A stretch of 64,000 nucleotides of DNA from an uncultured Pelagibacteraceae bacterium (lineage in GTDB: Bacteria; Pseudomonadota; Alphaproteobacteria; Pelagibacterales; Pelagibacteraceae): positions 683-64,682 of the forward strand of contig CACNVX010000004.1 in NCBI GenBank assembly GCA_902624045.1, given 5' to 3'. Positions within the stretch are counted from its first letter, which is position 1; each line of letters begins with the position of its first letter. The notes beneath the pieces are model-generated. The model did no database searches. It was given only the letters and a program-made list of their open reading frames with translations, and had not been told where the DNA came from. Of this stretch, positions 47,947-58,741 are shown in pieces. Both the position numbers and the translations under genes were made by a program.

Positions 47947-49448
47947 TAAAAAATTCCATTTCTTAAATTACGTTTTAATTTACTTTTTCTAACTTCGATA
48001 TTCAATTTATTAAGTTGTCCAGATTTCAAATTTTTTAGATTTTGAACAATTTTTAAAAAACGATCACTTTCTTTTTTACTCAATATATCTTTTGTTAACG
48101 TTAAAAATTTATTTATATAATTTTGCCTTTTGAAAGGTCTTGCCCCATTTGGGTGTGCATCAGCTCTATCTAAACTTTCAGCTATTTTTTTTCCGTTAGC
48201 TAATGTTACTACAACCTTAGCACCAAATGATTTTTTTTTTGGATTTGGATTATGATATTTTTTGGTCCATTTCTTATCTTCATGCGTTTTAATTGATCTC
48301 CAAATTTTAATTGTACTTTTTTTATTTGCTCTTGATTTTGTATAAGATTTAATATGGTGCCAATTTCCATCTTCCAAAGCAACAGCAAATATGTACATTA
48401 TTGAGTGATCCAAAGTTTCCCTACTTGCATTAGGGTCCATTTTTTGAGGATCATTAGCTCCTGTGCCGATGACAAAATGTGTATGATGACTTGTAAAAAT
48501 ATCAATTTTTTTAATTTGATTAAAGTTAGGTATTTTAATTCTGAGTTTTTTAGCAAGATCAATTAGTGCTTGAGATTGATACTCAGCAGAATATTCCTTT
48601 GTATATGTTTCTAGAATAGCTTTTTTACTCTCTCCTTTTTTTGGTAAAGGTATTTTATATTTTGCTTTCTTGCCATCAAGAATTCTTGCAATTACACTAT
48701 CTTCACCTTCATAAATTGGACTTGGAGCACCTTCGCCTCTCATAACTCTATCAACTGCTTCTATAGCAAGTTTTGCAGCATGGGCTGGCGCATAAGCTTT
48801 CCAGCTGGATATTTCTCCTTTTCTAGATTGCCTAGTTGATATAGTTGTGTGCAGAGCTTGTTGTATTGCTTGATAAATTGTTTCTGTACTTAATTTTAAC
48901 ATTGATCCTAAACCTGCAGCTACACTTGGCCCAAGATGAGCAATATGATCAATTTTATGTTTATGTAGACATATTCCTTTAACTAAATTTACCTGAACCT
49001 CATAAGCAGTAATAATTCCTCTTAAAAGATCTAAACCACTTTTTTTACTTTGTTGTGCTACACTAATTAATGCAGGTATATTATCTCCAGGATGACTGTA
49101 GTCTGCAGCTAAAAAAGTGTCATGAAAATCTAATTCTCTAACTGCTGTACCGTTAGACCATGCGGCCCATTCACAATCAAATTTTAATTTAGAATTTATT
49201 CCAAAAAGATTGGCTCCATTTTTTCTAGGGTGTTTAAGAGCCATTTCTCTTGATGAAATTACTGATTTTCTGTTTAATGATGCAATTGCTACTGAGGCAT
49301 TATCAATAATTCTATTAACAACCATTTCAATTGCATCTTTATTTAATTTAGCATTATCGCTTGCTATTTCTGCAATTTTCCATGCTAACTGTTTCTTCTT
49401 AGGAAGATTAACTTTTGACGGATATACTTTTACTGTATGTAATAACAA
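47946..49448 (-). CDS. prpD: 2-methylcitrate dehydratase (MmgE/PrpD)
   Basis: [33 protein letters not shown]; TTG start after AGGAG. Confidence 0.92.
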   Translation of the reverse strand: MLLHTVKVYPSKVNLPKKKQLAWKIAEIASDNAKLNKDAIEMVVNRIIDNASVAIASLNRKSVISSREMALKHPRKNGANLFGINSKLKFDCEWAAWSNGTAVRELDFHDTFLAADYSHPGDNIPALISVAQQSKKSGLDLLRGIITAYEVQVNLVKGICLHKHKIDHIAHLGPSVAAGLGSMLKLSTETIYQAIQQALHTTISTRQSRKGEISSWKAYAPAHAAKLAIEAVDRVMRGEGAPSPIYEGEDSVIARILDGKKAKYKIPLPKKGESKKAILETYTKEYSAEYQSQALIDLAKKLRIKIPNFNQIKKIDIFTSHHTHFVIGTGANDPQKMDPNASRETLDHSIMYIFAVALEDGNWHHIKSYTKSRANKKSTIKIWRSIKTHEDKKWTKKYHNPNPKKKSFGAKVVVTLANGKKIAESLDRADAHPNGARPFKRQNYINKFLTLTKDILSKKESDRFLKIVQNLKNLKSGQLNKLNIEVRKSKLKRNLRNGIF

Positions 49449-49500
49449 AATAACTCCTGTTTGTGATTTTGTTTTAATAGTTAAAATAAATTAATCAATA

Positions 49501-50181
49501 TTAAAGATATTTAGATATAATTTTTTCAATACCCACAAAGTCTTTTATCAAGTGATTATGATAAATTTCATCAATTTTTTTTTCAGTGTAACCATCCTCT
49601 AATAAAATCATTGGTATTTCGGCAGCTTTAGCTGCATTTGCATCTGACTCACTGTCACCAATCATAATCGATTTACTTTTGTCACCATCTATAATTTCTA
49701 TAATTGTTGTTATGTGTCTTGGGTCAGGCTTGCAATATTCAAATGTATTATAGCCTGCAACGTAATCAAAATAATTATAAATACCAATTTTTTTTAAAAG
49801 GTCTATAGCCAGATGTTCAGTTTTATTAGTGCATACAGCCATTGATATATTTTCTTTTTTACACCAATCTAAAAATTCTATAACTCCTATGATAAGAGTA
49901 CTTTCATTTAAAATATTTTTTCCATAAAATGAAATAAATTCATCTGTCATTTCATTTTTAACTTTTTCATTAATGGAGGTTAATTCTTTTTTTGCCTGGC
50001 TCCAAATAGACCTCCCTATCATAGCTCCTGCGCCTTGACCAACAGTGTTTTTTAATTCACTTAGTGATTTTGTTGGGTAGCCAAACTTTTTCATCACGTG
50101 GTTATGAGCAAGCATTAAATCAGGAGCTGTATCAACCAAAGTACCATCTAAATCGAATATAACTGTAAATTTTTGTTTCAT
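49501..50181 (-). CDS. gph: HAD hydrolase, phosphoglycolate phosphatase-like
   Basis: FDLDGTLVD, CTNK, KPDP, IGDS. Confidence 0.8.
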   Translation of the reverse strand: MKQKFTVIFDLDGTLVDTAPDLMLAHNHVMKKFGYPTKSLSELKNTVGQGAGAMIGRSIWSQAKKELTSINEKVKNEMTDEFISFYGKNILNESTLIIGVIEFLDWCKKENISMAVCTNKTEHLAIDLLKKIGIYNYFDYVAGYNTFEYCKPDPRHITTIIEIIDGDKSKSIMIGDSESDANAAKAAEIPMILLEDGYTEKKIDEIYHNHLIKDFVGIEKIISKYL

Positions 50182-50249
50182 TTTAAAGTATTTTAAAGAA
50201 ATAAATTGTGAATTAATTAAGATATATACTTAATGTAAAGAATTTCCAA

Positions 50250-50861
50250 ATGAAAGATTTAATTCAAAAAAAATTAAGAGACAAATTTATAAAATCGGGA
50301 GTAACATTGATTGGCCCAGAAACTATTTTTTTTTCAAAAGATACCAAGATTGGTAAAAATGTTACTATAGAACCCCATGTTATTATTGGTTCTAAAGTTA
50401 AAATAGGAAATAATGTAATTATTAAATCATTTTCACATTTGGAGTCTTGTAAGATTGAAAATAAAGTTGAGATAGGACCATATGCGAGAATAAGACCTGG
50501 TACAGTTTTAAAAGAAGGATCTAGAATTGGTAATTTTGTTGAAATAAAAAAAAGTATCATTGGAAAAAATGCTAAAGCAAACCACTTATCTTATATTGGG
50601 GATAGTGATGTTGGAAAATCTACCAATATAGGGGCAGGAACAATTACATGTAATTATGATGGTATAAAAAAGAATAAAACTAAAATTAAAGATAATGTAT
50701 TTATTGGATCTAATTCATCTTTAATTGCTCCTGTTACAATTAATAAAGATAGTATTATTGGTGCAGGTTCTGTAATCACAAAAAATGTTAATAAAAAATC
50801 TTTAGCATTAACAAGAGCTTTACAAATTGAAATTAAAAATTACAAAAAAAAACAAAAATAA
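50250..50861 (+). CDS. glmU: Stand-alone GlmU acetyltransferase (left-handed beta-helix) domain
   Basis: GPYARIRP, GNFVEIK, HLSYIGD, GAGTITCNYDG; N-terminal uridyltransferase domain absent. Confidence 0.8.
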   Translation: MKDLIQKKLRDKFIKSGVTLIGPETIFFSKDTKIGKNVTIEPHVIIGSKVKIGNNVIIKSFSHLESCKIENKVEIGPYARIRPGTVLKEGSRIGNFVEIKKSIIGKNAKANHLSYIGDSDVGKSTNIGAGTITCNYDGIKKNKTKIKDNVFIGSNSSLIAPVTINKDSIIGAGSVITKNVNKKSLALTRALQIEIKNYKKKQK

Positions 50862-50864
50862 AAT

Positions 50865-52685
50865 ATGTGTGGAATAATAGGCATCTCTAGTAATAAACCA
50901 GTATCTGCAAATATTATTAATTCTTTAAAAAAATTAGAATATAGAGGTTATGACTCAGCTGGTATAGCAACACTTTCAGATGGTGAAATAAATGAAGTAA
51001 AGTCTGAGGGCAGAGTTGATAATTTAGAAAATAATTTTGATTTAAAAAATTTAAGAGGAAACATTGGTATAGGACACGTAAGATGGGCAACTCATGGCGT
51101 TCCAAATAGTTTAAACGCTCATCCACATTCTTCTAGTAATGTTTCAGTGGTTCATAATGGAATTATTGAAAATTCTACAATATTAAAAAATCATTTAATT
51201 AACAAAGGTCATAACTTTAAATCTCAGACTGATACGGAGGTAATTGTTCACTTAATTACTGAACACTTGAAAACATCTAAATTAGAAGAGGCTATTACAA
51301 AAACATTGAACCAACTTCATGGTAGTTTTGCTCTTGGAATTGTTTTTAAAGATATGCCAGATCTAATTGTTGGTGCTAGAAGAGGATCACCTTTGGCTGT
51401 TGGTTATGGGCCAAATGAGAATTATCTTGGTTCAGACTCCTATGCTTTAAAATCTATGACTAATAAGATTACATATCTTGATGATGGTGAATTTTGTATT
51501 GTAAAAAAAGATCAGGTTATTTTTTTCAATGAAAATGGAAAAAAAGTTAATAAAAAAATACTAGAATTGTCATCAGATGAAGCAAGCTATGACAAAGGTG
51601 ATTTTAAACATTTTATGGCGAAAGAAATTGAAGAACAACCAACAACAATTAAAACTGGAATAAAAGAATATATTGATAGCGTGAACAAAGAGATAAATAT
51701 TTTTAACTTTCCATGGAAAATTAAAGATATTAACTCAATAACTTTAATTGGCTGTGGTACTGCTTACCACTCATGTTTAATGGCTAAATATTGGTTTGAG
51801 GAACTCACAAATTTAGATATTAACATAGATATTGCATCAGAATTTAGATATAGAAAAAATAGGTTCAAAAAAGACTCTTTATATGTTTTTGTTTCACAAT
51901 CTGGTGAAACTGCAGATACATACGCTGCCTTAGATATTTGCAATAAAAATTCTATGAAAACATGCGCTGTTGTTAATGTAATTGAAAGCTCAATAGCAAG
52001 AGACTCAAATTTTGTTTTACCCATTCACTGTGGTCCTGAAATTGGAGTTGCATCAACAAAAGCATTTTTAGGCCAAATACTTGTTTTATATATGTTAGCT
52101 TTAAAAATAGGGTCATTAAGAAATGAAATTGAAAAAAATAAATATCAAGAAAAAATAAAAGAGCTAAAAGCTTTACCTGGTTTAATTGAAAAAACATTGC
52201 TTTATGATAACGATATTCAGGCCATATCTAATACCTTTAATGAAGCTAAAGGCTCAATGTTTTTAGGTAGAGGTTATTCGTACCCTATAGCGCTAGAGGG
52301 CGCTCTCAAGCTTAAAGAACTTTCCTATATACATGCAGAAGGATATCCTGCTGGAGAAATGAAACATGGACCATTAGCTTTAATTGAAGAAGGAATGCCA
52401 GTTGTAGTATTAGCTCCAAGAGACAAATATTATAAAAAAACAATTTCGAATATGCAGGAAGTGATAGCAAGAGGTGCAAAAGTATTATTAATAACTAGCA
52501 AAAGTAAGGGTGAAGTTATCTCAGAAAATATTTGGGAGACAATAGAAGTTGAGAATACAAATGATGATCTACTTCCGTTTTTGTTAACAATCCCTCTTCA
52601 AAAACTTGCATATTATTCAGCTCTTAAAAAAGGTTATGACATTGATAAGCCAAGAAATTTGGCAAAATCTGTTACTGTTGAATAA
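50865..52685 (+). CDS. glmS: Glutamine--fructose-6-phosphate transaminase
   Basis: MCGIIG, LEYRGYDSAG, HVRWATHG, SQSGETAD, PRNLAKSVTVE. Confidence 0.97.
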   Translation: MCGIIGISSNKPVSANIINSLKKLEYRGYDSAGIATLSDGEINEVKSEGRVDNLENNFDLKNLRGNIGIGHVRWATHGVPNSLNAHPHSSSNVSVVHNGIIENSTILKNHLINKGHNFKSQTDTEVIVHLITEHLKTSKLEEAITKTLNQLHGSFALGIVFKDMPDLIVGARRGSPLAVGYGPNENYLGSDSYALKSMTNKITYLDDGEFCIVKKDQVIFFNENGKKVNKKILELSSDEASYDKGDFKHFMAKEIEEQPTTIKTGIKEYIDSVNKEINIFNFPWKIKDINSITLIGCGTAYHSCLMAKYWFEELTNLDINIDIASEFRYRKNRFKKDSLYVFVSQSGETADTYAALDICNKNSMKTCAVVNVIESSIARDSNFVLPIHCGPEIGVASTKAFLGQILVLYMLALKIGSLRNEIEKNKYQEKIKELKALPGLIEKTLLYDNDIQAISNTFNEAKGSMFLGRGYSYPIALEGALKLKELSYIHAEGYPAGEMKHGPLALIEEGMPVVVLAPRDKYYKKTISNMQEVIARGAKVLLITSKSKGEVISENIWETIEVENTNDDLLPFLLTIPLQKLAYYSALKKGYDIDKPRNLAKSVTVE

Positions 52686-52720
52686 AATAAAAACTCTGTT
52701 AAAACAATCCCGGGTTGAAT

Positions 52721-54100
52721 ATGAAAAAATGGAAAATAAATAGTTGGAGAAATTATCCTGTAAAGCACATTCCTGAGTATCAGGATAAAAAAGAATTAGA
52801 TCAAGTTTTAAATAAAATAAAAACTTTTCCTCCACTTGTTTTTGCTGAGGAAACAAGACATTTAAAAAAACAACTAGCTGATGTAGTAGACGGTAAGGCA
52901 TTCTTGCTTCAAGGAGGTGATTGTGCTGAAAGTTTTGCAGAATTTAATCCAGATAATATTAGAGATTATTTTAAAGTAATTCTTCAGATGTCATTAGTTT
53001 TAACTTATTCAGCATCACTGCCAGTAATTAAACTTGGAAGGATAGCAGGTCAATTCGCAAAACCAAGAAGTGCGCCTACAGAAAAACAAGGAGATCTAGA
53101 ATATCCTAGTTACCTTGGTGACAATGTTAATGGTATTGAGTTTACTGAGAAAGCGAGAAAACATGACCCAAAAAGATTGTTTAGAGCGTATTCTCAGTCG
53201 GCATCAACATTAAATCTTTTAAGAGCTTTTTCACATGGTGGTTTTGCAGATTTAAAGAAAGTTCACTTATGGAATTTAGGTTATATCAAAAAAAGTCCTC
53301 AAGCTAAAAAATTTAAAGAATTAGAAGATAAGATAGCAGATGCTTTATCATTTATGGACGCTTGTGGAATTAATTCAGAATTTAATAGAAGGTTAAAGAC
53401 TGTAAATTTTTGGACTTCCCATGAAGCATTACACCTTCCTTTTGAAGAAAGTATGACTAGAATAGACTCCACAACAGGCGAACATCACGCAACCTCAGCT
53501 CATTTTGTTTGGATAGGTGACAGAACGAGACAGCTTGATGGTGGTCATGTAGAATATTGTCGTGGAATTGAAAATCCAATTGGAATAAAATGTGGACCCA
53601 CGAGTAAATCAGAAGAGATAGTTAAGATTTGTAATTTAATAAATCCAAATAATGAAAAAGGAAAAATAACTTTAATTTCAAGATTTGGTCATGATAGTGT
53701 TGAAAAGTACTTACCAAAACTAATTAGAGGTATTAAAAAAGAAGGAGTAAATGTTATTTGGTCCTGTGATCCTATGCATGGGAATACAATTCAGTCCACA
53801 ACAGGTTTTAAGACAAGGCGTTTCAACAATGTATTGAAAGAAGTTAAAGATGTTTTTACAGTCCATCAAAGCGAAGGATCTTATGCTGGAGGTTTACATA
53901 TTGAAATGACAGGACAAAATGTAACTGAATGCACTGGCGGTGCAAAAAATATACAAGATCAAGATTTATCAAGCAGATATCATACGCACTGTGATCCAAG
54001 ACTTAACGCTGACCAGGCTTTGGAGCTTGCTTTTTTAATTTCTGATGAAATAAAAAAAAATACCAGCTATTCCAAAAATGCTATTCAGGCGGCATCTTAA
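52721..54100 (+). CDS. Class II DAHP synthase
   Basis: LQGGDCAESF, GRIAGQFAKPRS, WIGDRTR, CDPMHGN, CDPRLN. Confidence 0.93.
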   Translation: MKKWKINSWRNYPVKHIPEYQDKKELDQVLNKIKTFPPLVFAEETRHLKKQLADVVDGKAFLLQGGDCAESFAEFNPDNIRDYFKVILQMSLVLTYSASLPVIKLGRIAGQFAKPRSAPTEKQGDLEYPSYLGDNVNGIEFTEKARKHDPKRLFRAYSQSASTLNLLRAFSHGGFADLKKVHLWNLGYIKKSPQAKKFKELEDKIADALSFMDACGINSEFNRRLKTVNFWTSHEALHLPFEESMTRIDSTTGEHHATSAHFVWIGDRTRQLDGGHVEYCRGIENPIGIKCGPTSKSEEIVKICNLINPNNEKGKITLISRFGHDSVEKYLPKLIRGIKKEGVNVIWSCDPMHGNTIQSTTGFKTRRFNNVLKEVKDVFTVHQSEGSYAGGLHIEMTGQNVTECTGGAKNIQDQDLSSRYHTHCDPRLNADQALELAFLISDEIKKNTSYSKNAIQAAS

Positions 54101-54138
54101 GCTGTTGTTTTAAAAAATTATATTGATAAATAAATATT

Positions 54139-54876
54139 ATGAATCCTGCAGAAAAATCTAAATTTATATCTAATTGGATAAAAGATTATGTTGAACAAAT
54201 GTCTAATAAAGCCGAGTCCTTAGTAATCGGTATTTCTGGAGGAATTGACTCGTCTGTATCTAGTACATTAAGCGCAATGACTGGTTTAAGAACTATTGTT
54301 TTATCTATGCCAATTAAACAAAAAAGTGCTCAGCATGATTTGAGCTTAGCTCATCAAGAATGGTTAAAAAAAAATTATAAAAATGTTGAAGGTCACACAA
54401 TTGAATTAGATGGGTTATTTAAATCTTTTGAGGGAACTTTAAATAATTTTTCAAATGAACATGGTATGGCAAATTCAAGAGCCAGATTAAGAATGACTAC
54501 ACTTTATCAAGTAGCAGCAGCAAACAAAGGAATTGTAGTTGGAACTGGTAACAAAGTAGAAGATTTTGGGGTTGGATTTTATACTAAATATGGAGATGGC
54601 GGGGTAGATATTTCTCCAATTGCTGACTGTAATAAAACTGAAGTGTGGGAACTCGGAAAAGAACTTGGTATTTTAGAAGAAATTATAAATGCAGCACCAA
54701 CAGATGGATTATGGGATGATGGTAGAACAGATGAAGGTCAGTTAGGTTTAACCTATAAAGAACTTGAAGAAGCTATGAATAATGAAAATTCAGTAAATAG
54801 AGAAAAATATAATTCAATTCGTAACGCAAATTTGCACAAAATGGAGCCAATTCCAGTGTGTAAAATTCCAAATTAA
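54139..54876 (+). CDS. nadE: NH3-dependent NAD+ synthetase
   Basis: ISGGIDS, ARLRM, FYTKYGDG, PTDGLW. Confidence 0.95.
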   Translation: MNPAEKSKFISNWIKDYVEQMSNKAESLVIGISGGIDSSVSSTLSAMTGLRTIVLSMPIKQKSAQHDLSLAHQEWLKKNYKNVEGHTIELDGLFKSFEGTLNNFSNEHGMANSRARLRMTTLYQVAAANKGIVVGTGNKVEDFGVGFYTKYGDGGVDISPIADCNKTEVWELGKELGILEEIINAAPTDGLWDDGRTDEGQLGLTYKELEEAMNNENSVNREKYNSIRNANLHKMEPIPVCKIPN

Positions 54877-54921
54877 TCAAATAGATTCACAAATCTATGT
54901 TTTAAGTATATTTCTAAAACT

Positions 54922-56277
54922 ATGAGTATTGATATTTTTTTAACTAATAATCTTACTAACAAGAAAGAGAAGTTTATACCCCAAATTAAGGATAATGTTA
55001 GAATGTATGTTTGTGGTCCAACTGTTTACGATGATCCACACATTGGTAATGCAAGACCACTAATAGTTTTTGATATTTTATTTAAGATTTTTAAAAATAA
55101 GTATTCAAAAGTAACTTATGTAAGAAATATAACTGATATCGACGATAAAATAATAAAATCTTCAAAAGATAATAAAATTTCTATTGGAGATTTAACAAAA
55201 AAAATTTCAGATAGTTTTAGTGAGGATTGTACTTATTTAAATTGCGATACACCTACCCACCAACCAAAAGCTACAGATCATATTCCTGAAATGATTGAGA
55301 TGATTACAGAATTAATTAAAAAAAAATTTGCTTATGAAAATAATAGACACGTTTACTTTGAAGTTAAAAAATTTAAAGATTATGGAAAATTATCAAATAA
55401 AAATTTGGATGAGCTAATTGCAGGTTCTCGAATTGAAATTAGTGATAATAAAAAAAATTCAGAAGACTTTGTTTTGTGGAAACCATCAAATCAAGATGAA
55501 CCATTCTGGAACTCACCTTGGGGCAAAGGAAGACCTGGATGGCATTTGGAATGTTCTGCTATGTCAAAAAAATATTTAGGAAAAGAATTTGATGTCCATG
55601 GAGGTGGTATTGATTTATTATTTCCTCATCATGAAAATGAAATAGCTCAATCAAGGTGTGCTAACGATAATGAAGTTTTTGCAAATTATTGGTTACATAA
55701 TGCTTTCATAACTTTGTCTAATGAAAAAATGGCAAAGTCTCAGGGGAATATTCTAAAAATAAAAGATTTTAGAGGTAAAATCAGTGGCCAAGTTTTAAGA
55801 TTGGCGTTAATGAGTGCCCACTATAAACAGCCTTTAGATTGGAATGACAAGCTTTTAGAGGAGTGTGAAAATACAATTAGTAAATGGTACAATATGTATT
55901 CTAATATCAAAGAAAAAACGAAAATTCCTGATGAATTTCTTAAGCCACTTTATGATGATATAAATACACCTGGTTATATTGCTAATTTGCATAAATTGTA
56001 CGAGAAAGCACAAAAGGGTTCAGATGAAGATAGAAAGTTATTTATTTCAGCATGTTATTTTGTTGGATTATTAAATGAGACAAAAGAAGAGTGGCTTAAA
56101 TTCAAGAAAAGAAAAGTATTAATTTCTGAAAGTGAAATTTTAAATAAAATTAACGAAAGAAATAAAGCCAGATATAATAAAAATTATGAGGAAGCTGATA
56201 AAATTAGAGATGAGCTTTTAGACAAAGGTGTTTTAATAGAGGATAAAGATGATAAAACGACCTGGAAATTTAAATGA
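54922..56277 (+). CDS. cysS: Cysteine--tRNA ligase
   Basis: YVCGPTVY, HIGN, GWHLECS, KMAKS. Confidence 0.96.
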   Translation: MSIDIFLTNNLTNKKEKFIPQIKDNVRMYVCGPTVYDDPHIGNARPLIVFDILFKIFKNKYSKVTYVRNITDIDDKIIKSSKDNKISIGDLTKKISDSFSEDCTYLNCDTPTHQPKATDHIPEMIEMITELIKKKFAYENNRHVYFEVKKFKDYGKLSNKNLDELIAGSRIEISDNKKNSEDFVLWKPSNQDEPFWNSPWGKGRPGWHLECSAMSKKYLGKEFDVHGGGIDLLFPHHENEIAQSRCANDNEVFANYWLHNAFITLSNEKMAKSQGNILKIKDFRGKISGQVLRLALMSAHYKQPLDWNDKLLEECENTISKWYNMYSNIKEKTKIPDEFLKPLYDDINTPGYIANLHKLYEKAQKGSDEDRKLFISACYFVGLLNETKEEWLKFKKRKVLISESEILNKINERNKARYNKNYEEADKIRDELLDKGVLIEDKDDKTTWKFK

Positions 56278-57875
56278 GCAAAGATAGATTATATATATTT
56301 GATACAACATTAAGAGATGGGGCTCAAACTCAAGGAGTAGATTTTTCACTAGATGATAAAGAAAAAATATCAGCATCACTTGATAATTTAGGTGTTGATT
56401 ATATTGAAGGAGGATGGCCCGGTGCAAACCCGACAGATACTGAATTTTTCAATAAAGATCATAAATTTAAATCAGCTAAATTAACTGCATTCGGTATGAC
56501 TAAAAAATCTGAACATAGTGCAGAAAATGATCCAATGTTATCATCTTTAATTAATTCAAAAAGTTCATCTGTATGTTTATTTGGTAAATCCTGGGATTTT
56601 CAAGTTGAAGTAGCACTTGGAATAACCAACGAACAAAATCTCCTAAATATAACTGAAAGTGCAAAACATATCGTAAAATCTGGTAAAGAATTTATGTTTG
56701 ATGCAGAACATTTTTTTGACGGATATAAAGCTAATCCTGAATATGCTATTTCTTGTGTTAAAGCAGCATATGATAATGGAGCAAGATGGATAGTATTGTG
56801 TGATACAAATGGTGGAACACTACCCCACGAGGTATCTAAAATTATTTTAGAAGTAACTAAGTATATTCCGGGGAAAAATTTAGGTATACATGCCCATAAT
56901 GACACTGAAAATGCTGTAGCGAATAGTTTAGTTGCAGTACAAGCAGGTGTTAGACAAGTACAGGGTACTTTAAATGGTTTGGGTGAAAGATGTGGTAATG
57001 CAAATTTAGTTTCATTAATACCAACATTTTTTTTAAAAAAAGATTTTTATGAAAATTATGAAATTAATATAAAAAAAGAAAAACTGAAAAATTTAACTCA
57101 ATGTTCAAGATTATTAGATGAAATATTAAATAGAAAACCTAACAAGCACTTACCTTATGTTGGAGCCTCGGCATTTTCTCACAAAGGTGGAATGCATGTT
57201 TCTGCTGTTCAAAAAGATCCAAAAACTTATGAGCATATAAATCCAGAGGAAGTTGGAAACTCTAGAAATATAGTTGTTTCAGATCAAGCAGGACAATCAA
57301 ATATTATGTCTAGATTAAATTCAATAGGAATTAAAGTTGAGAAAAGTAATCCAAAAATAAAAAAACTTTTAGAAGAAGTAAAAGATCGAGAATTTATTGG
57401 TTATAGTTATGATGGTGCCGATGCATCTTTTGAGTTATTAGCGCGAAGATTAATGGGTGAAATACCAAGATATATTTCAATTAATGAGTATGATGTTTCA
57501 GTAAAGAAAAATAAAGCAAAAGAAATTGTTTCATACGCAAAAGCTCAATTAGAAGTGGATGGAGATAAAATTTTGTGCGAAGGAGAAGGAAATGGACCTG
57601 TGAATGCTTTAGACAATGCAATTAGAAAAAATGTTAATAAGCTTGCTAAATATTCCGAATATTTAAAAGATTTAAGACTTGTTGATTATAAAGTTCGTAT
57701 TTTAAACACCGGTACAGAAGCTATAACAAGAGTAAGTATTGAGAGCACAGATTCAAAGGGTATTAACTGGTTTACTATTGGTGTATCACCAAATATCATT
57801 GATGCATCTTTCAAAGCTTTAGTGGATAGTCTAGATTATAAGTTATTTAAGGATAAAGCTCCTGGAAGTTTGTAA
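56274..57875 (+). CDS. cimA: Citramalate synthase
   Basis: DTTLRDGAQ, EGGWPGANP, FDAEHFFDG, HAHND, AFSHKGGMH. Confidence 0.9.
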   Translation: MSKDRLYIFDTTLRDGAQTQGVDFSLDDKEKISASLDNLGVDYIEGGWPGANPTDTEFFNKDHKFKSAKLTAFGMTKKSEHSAENDPMLSSLINSKSSSVCLFGKSWDFQVEVALGITNEQNLLNITESAKHIVKSGKEFMFDAEHFFDGYKANPEYAISCVKAAYDNGARWIVLCDTNGGTLPHEVSKIILEVTKYIPGKNLGIHAHNDTENAVANSLVAVQAGVRQVQGTLNGLGERCGNANLVSLIPTFFLKKDFYENYEINIKKEKLKNLTQCSRLLDEILNRKPNKHLPYVGASAFSHKGGMHVSAVQKDPKTYEHINPEEVGNSRNIVVSDQAGQSNIMSRLNSIGIKVEKSNPKIKKLLEEVKDREFIGYSYDGADASFELLARRLMGEIPRYISINEYDVSVKKNKAKEIVSYAKAQLEVDGDKILCEGEGNGPVNALDNAIRKNVNKLAKYSEYLKDLRLVDYKVRILNTGTEAITRVSIESTDSKGINWFTIGVSPNIIDASFKALVDSLDYKLFKDKAPGSL

Positions 57876-57877
57876 GA

Positions 57878-58741
57878 ATGAAAATTAAAAAATTTTCAGA
57901 AAAACCATCGGATATTGATAGCAGAATCGGATCAAAACCTGTTGTTTGTTATCCTAACAACAATATTGAAGATAAGAATTTGAATATTTTACACTCTGCT
58001 AGAGACTACTTGGTTAAAAAAGATGAGGTTGTTATTCCTCCTAGAGACGCAAAAACATTTGAGGTTAAATTTGGCGAGTTTTTCAGAATCGAAAGTATAG
58101 ATGGCCCACAAGTAGGAGATTTAAATTTATTCAATTTAAATAATTTAGAGGAAAAATTTTATTCAGGAAAAACAAGAGCTTTGTACGGAACACATTTATC
58201 TGTAGGAGACAAAATGTTTAGTAGTTTTCCATATCTTAGATCTTTAGCAACGATAACTTGGGATACTTTGGATTGGTATGATTATGATAAAGATGGAGGA
58301 TCAGTTCATGATGTAATTGGCACAAGGTGCGATCCTTATACTTCAAAATTACTTTCAAATAATGATTATCACTTTTGTTGTCATTCAAATTTAACAAGAG
58401 CTTTAGTTAAAGAAAAAAATGTTAAATTAGATGATGCAGAAAAAATAGTTCATGATGTATTAAATGTTTTTATGTTAACTGGATTTACTAACGATACTAA
58501 ACAATATTTCATGAAAGCAAGTCCTGTTAGACCTGGTGATTATTTAGAGTTTTTTGCAGAAACAGATTTATTAGGCGCTCTTTCTGCGTGTCCAGGAGGT
58601 GATTGTGGATCTGAACATTCTTCTGACGTTGCAAAATGTTATCCATTAAAAGTTTCTATTTGGAAAGTAGATCCCAAATATTTACAACATATTAAGCCAT
58701 CAGCTATTTCTAATTATAACAGAAATCATGGCATAGATTAA
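57878..58741 (+). CDS. DUF1989 (urea carboxylase-associated) family protein
   Basis: GPQVGDLN, HDVIGTRC, CCHSNL, HDVLNVF, SACP. Confidence 0.8.
   Translation: MKIKKFSEKPSDIDSRIGSKPVVCYPNNNIEDKNLNILHSARDYLVKKDEVVIPPRDAKTFEVKFGEFFRIESIDGPQVGDLNLFNLNNLEEKFYSGKTRALYGTHLSVGDKMFSSFPYLRSLATITWDTLDWYDYDKDGGSVHDVIGTRCDPYTSKLLSNNDYHFCCHSNLTRALVKEKNVKLDDAEKIVHDVLNVFMLTGFTNDTKQYFMKASPVRPGDYLEFFAETDLLGALSACPGGDCGSEHSSDVAKCYPLKVSIWKVDPKYLQHIKPSAISNYNRNHGID

Noticed and set aside
50862-50864. glmS ribozyme
   Set aside because: Only 3 bp separate glmU and glmS
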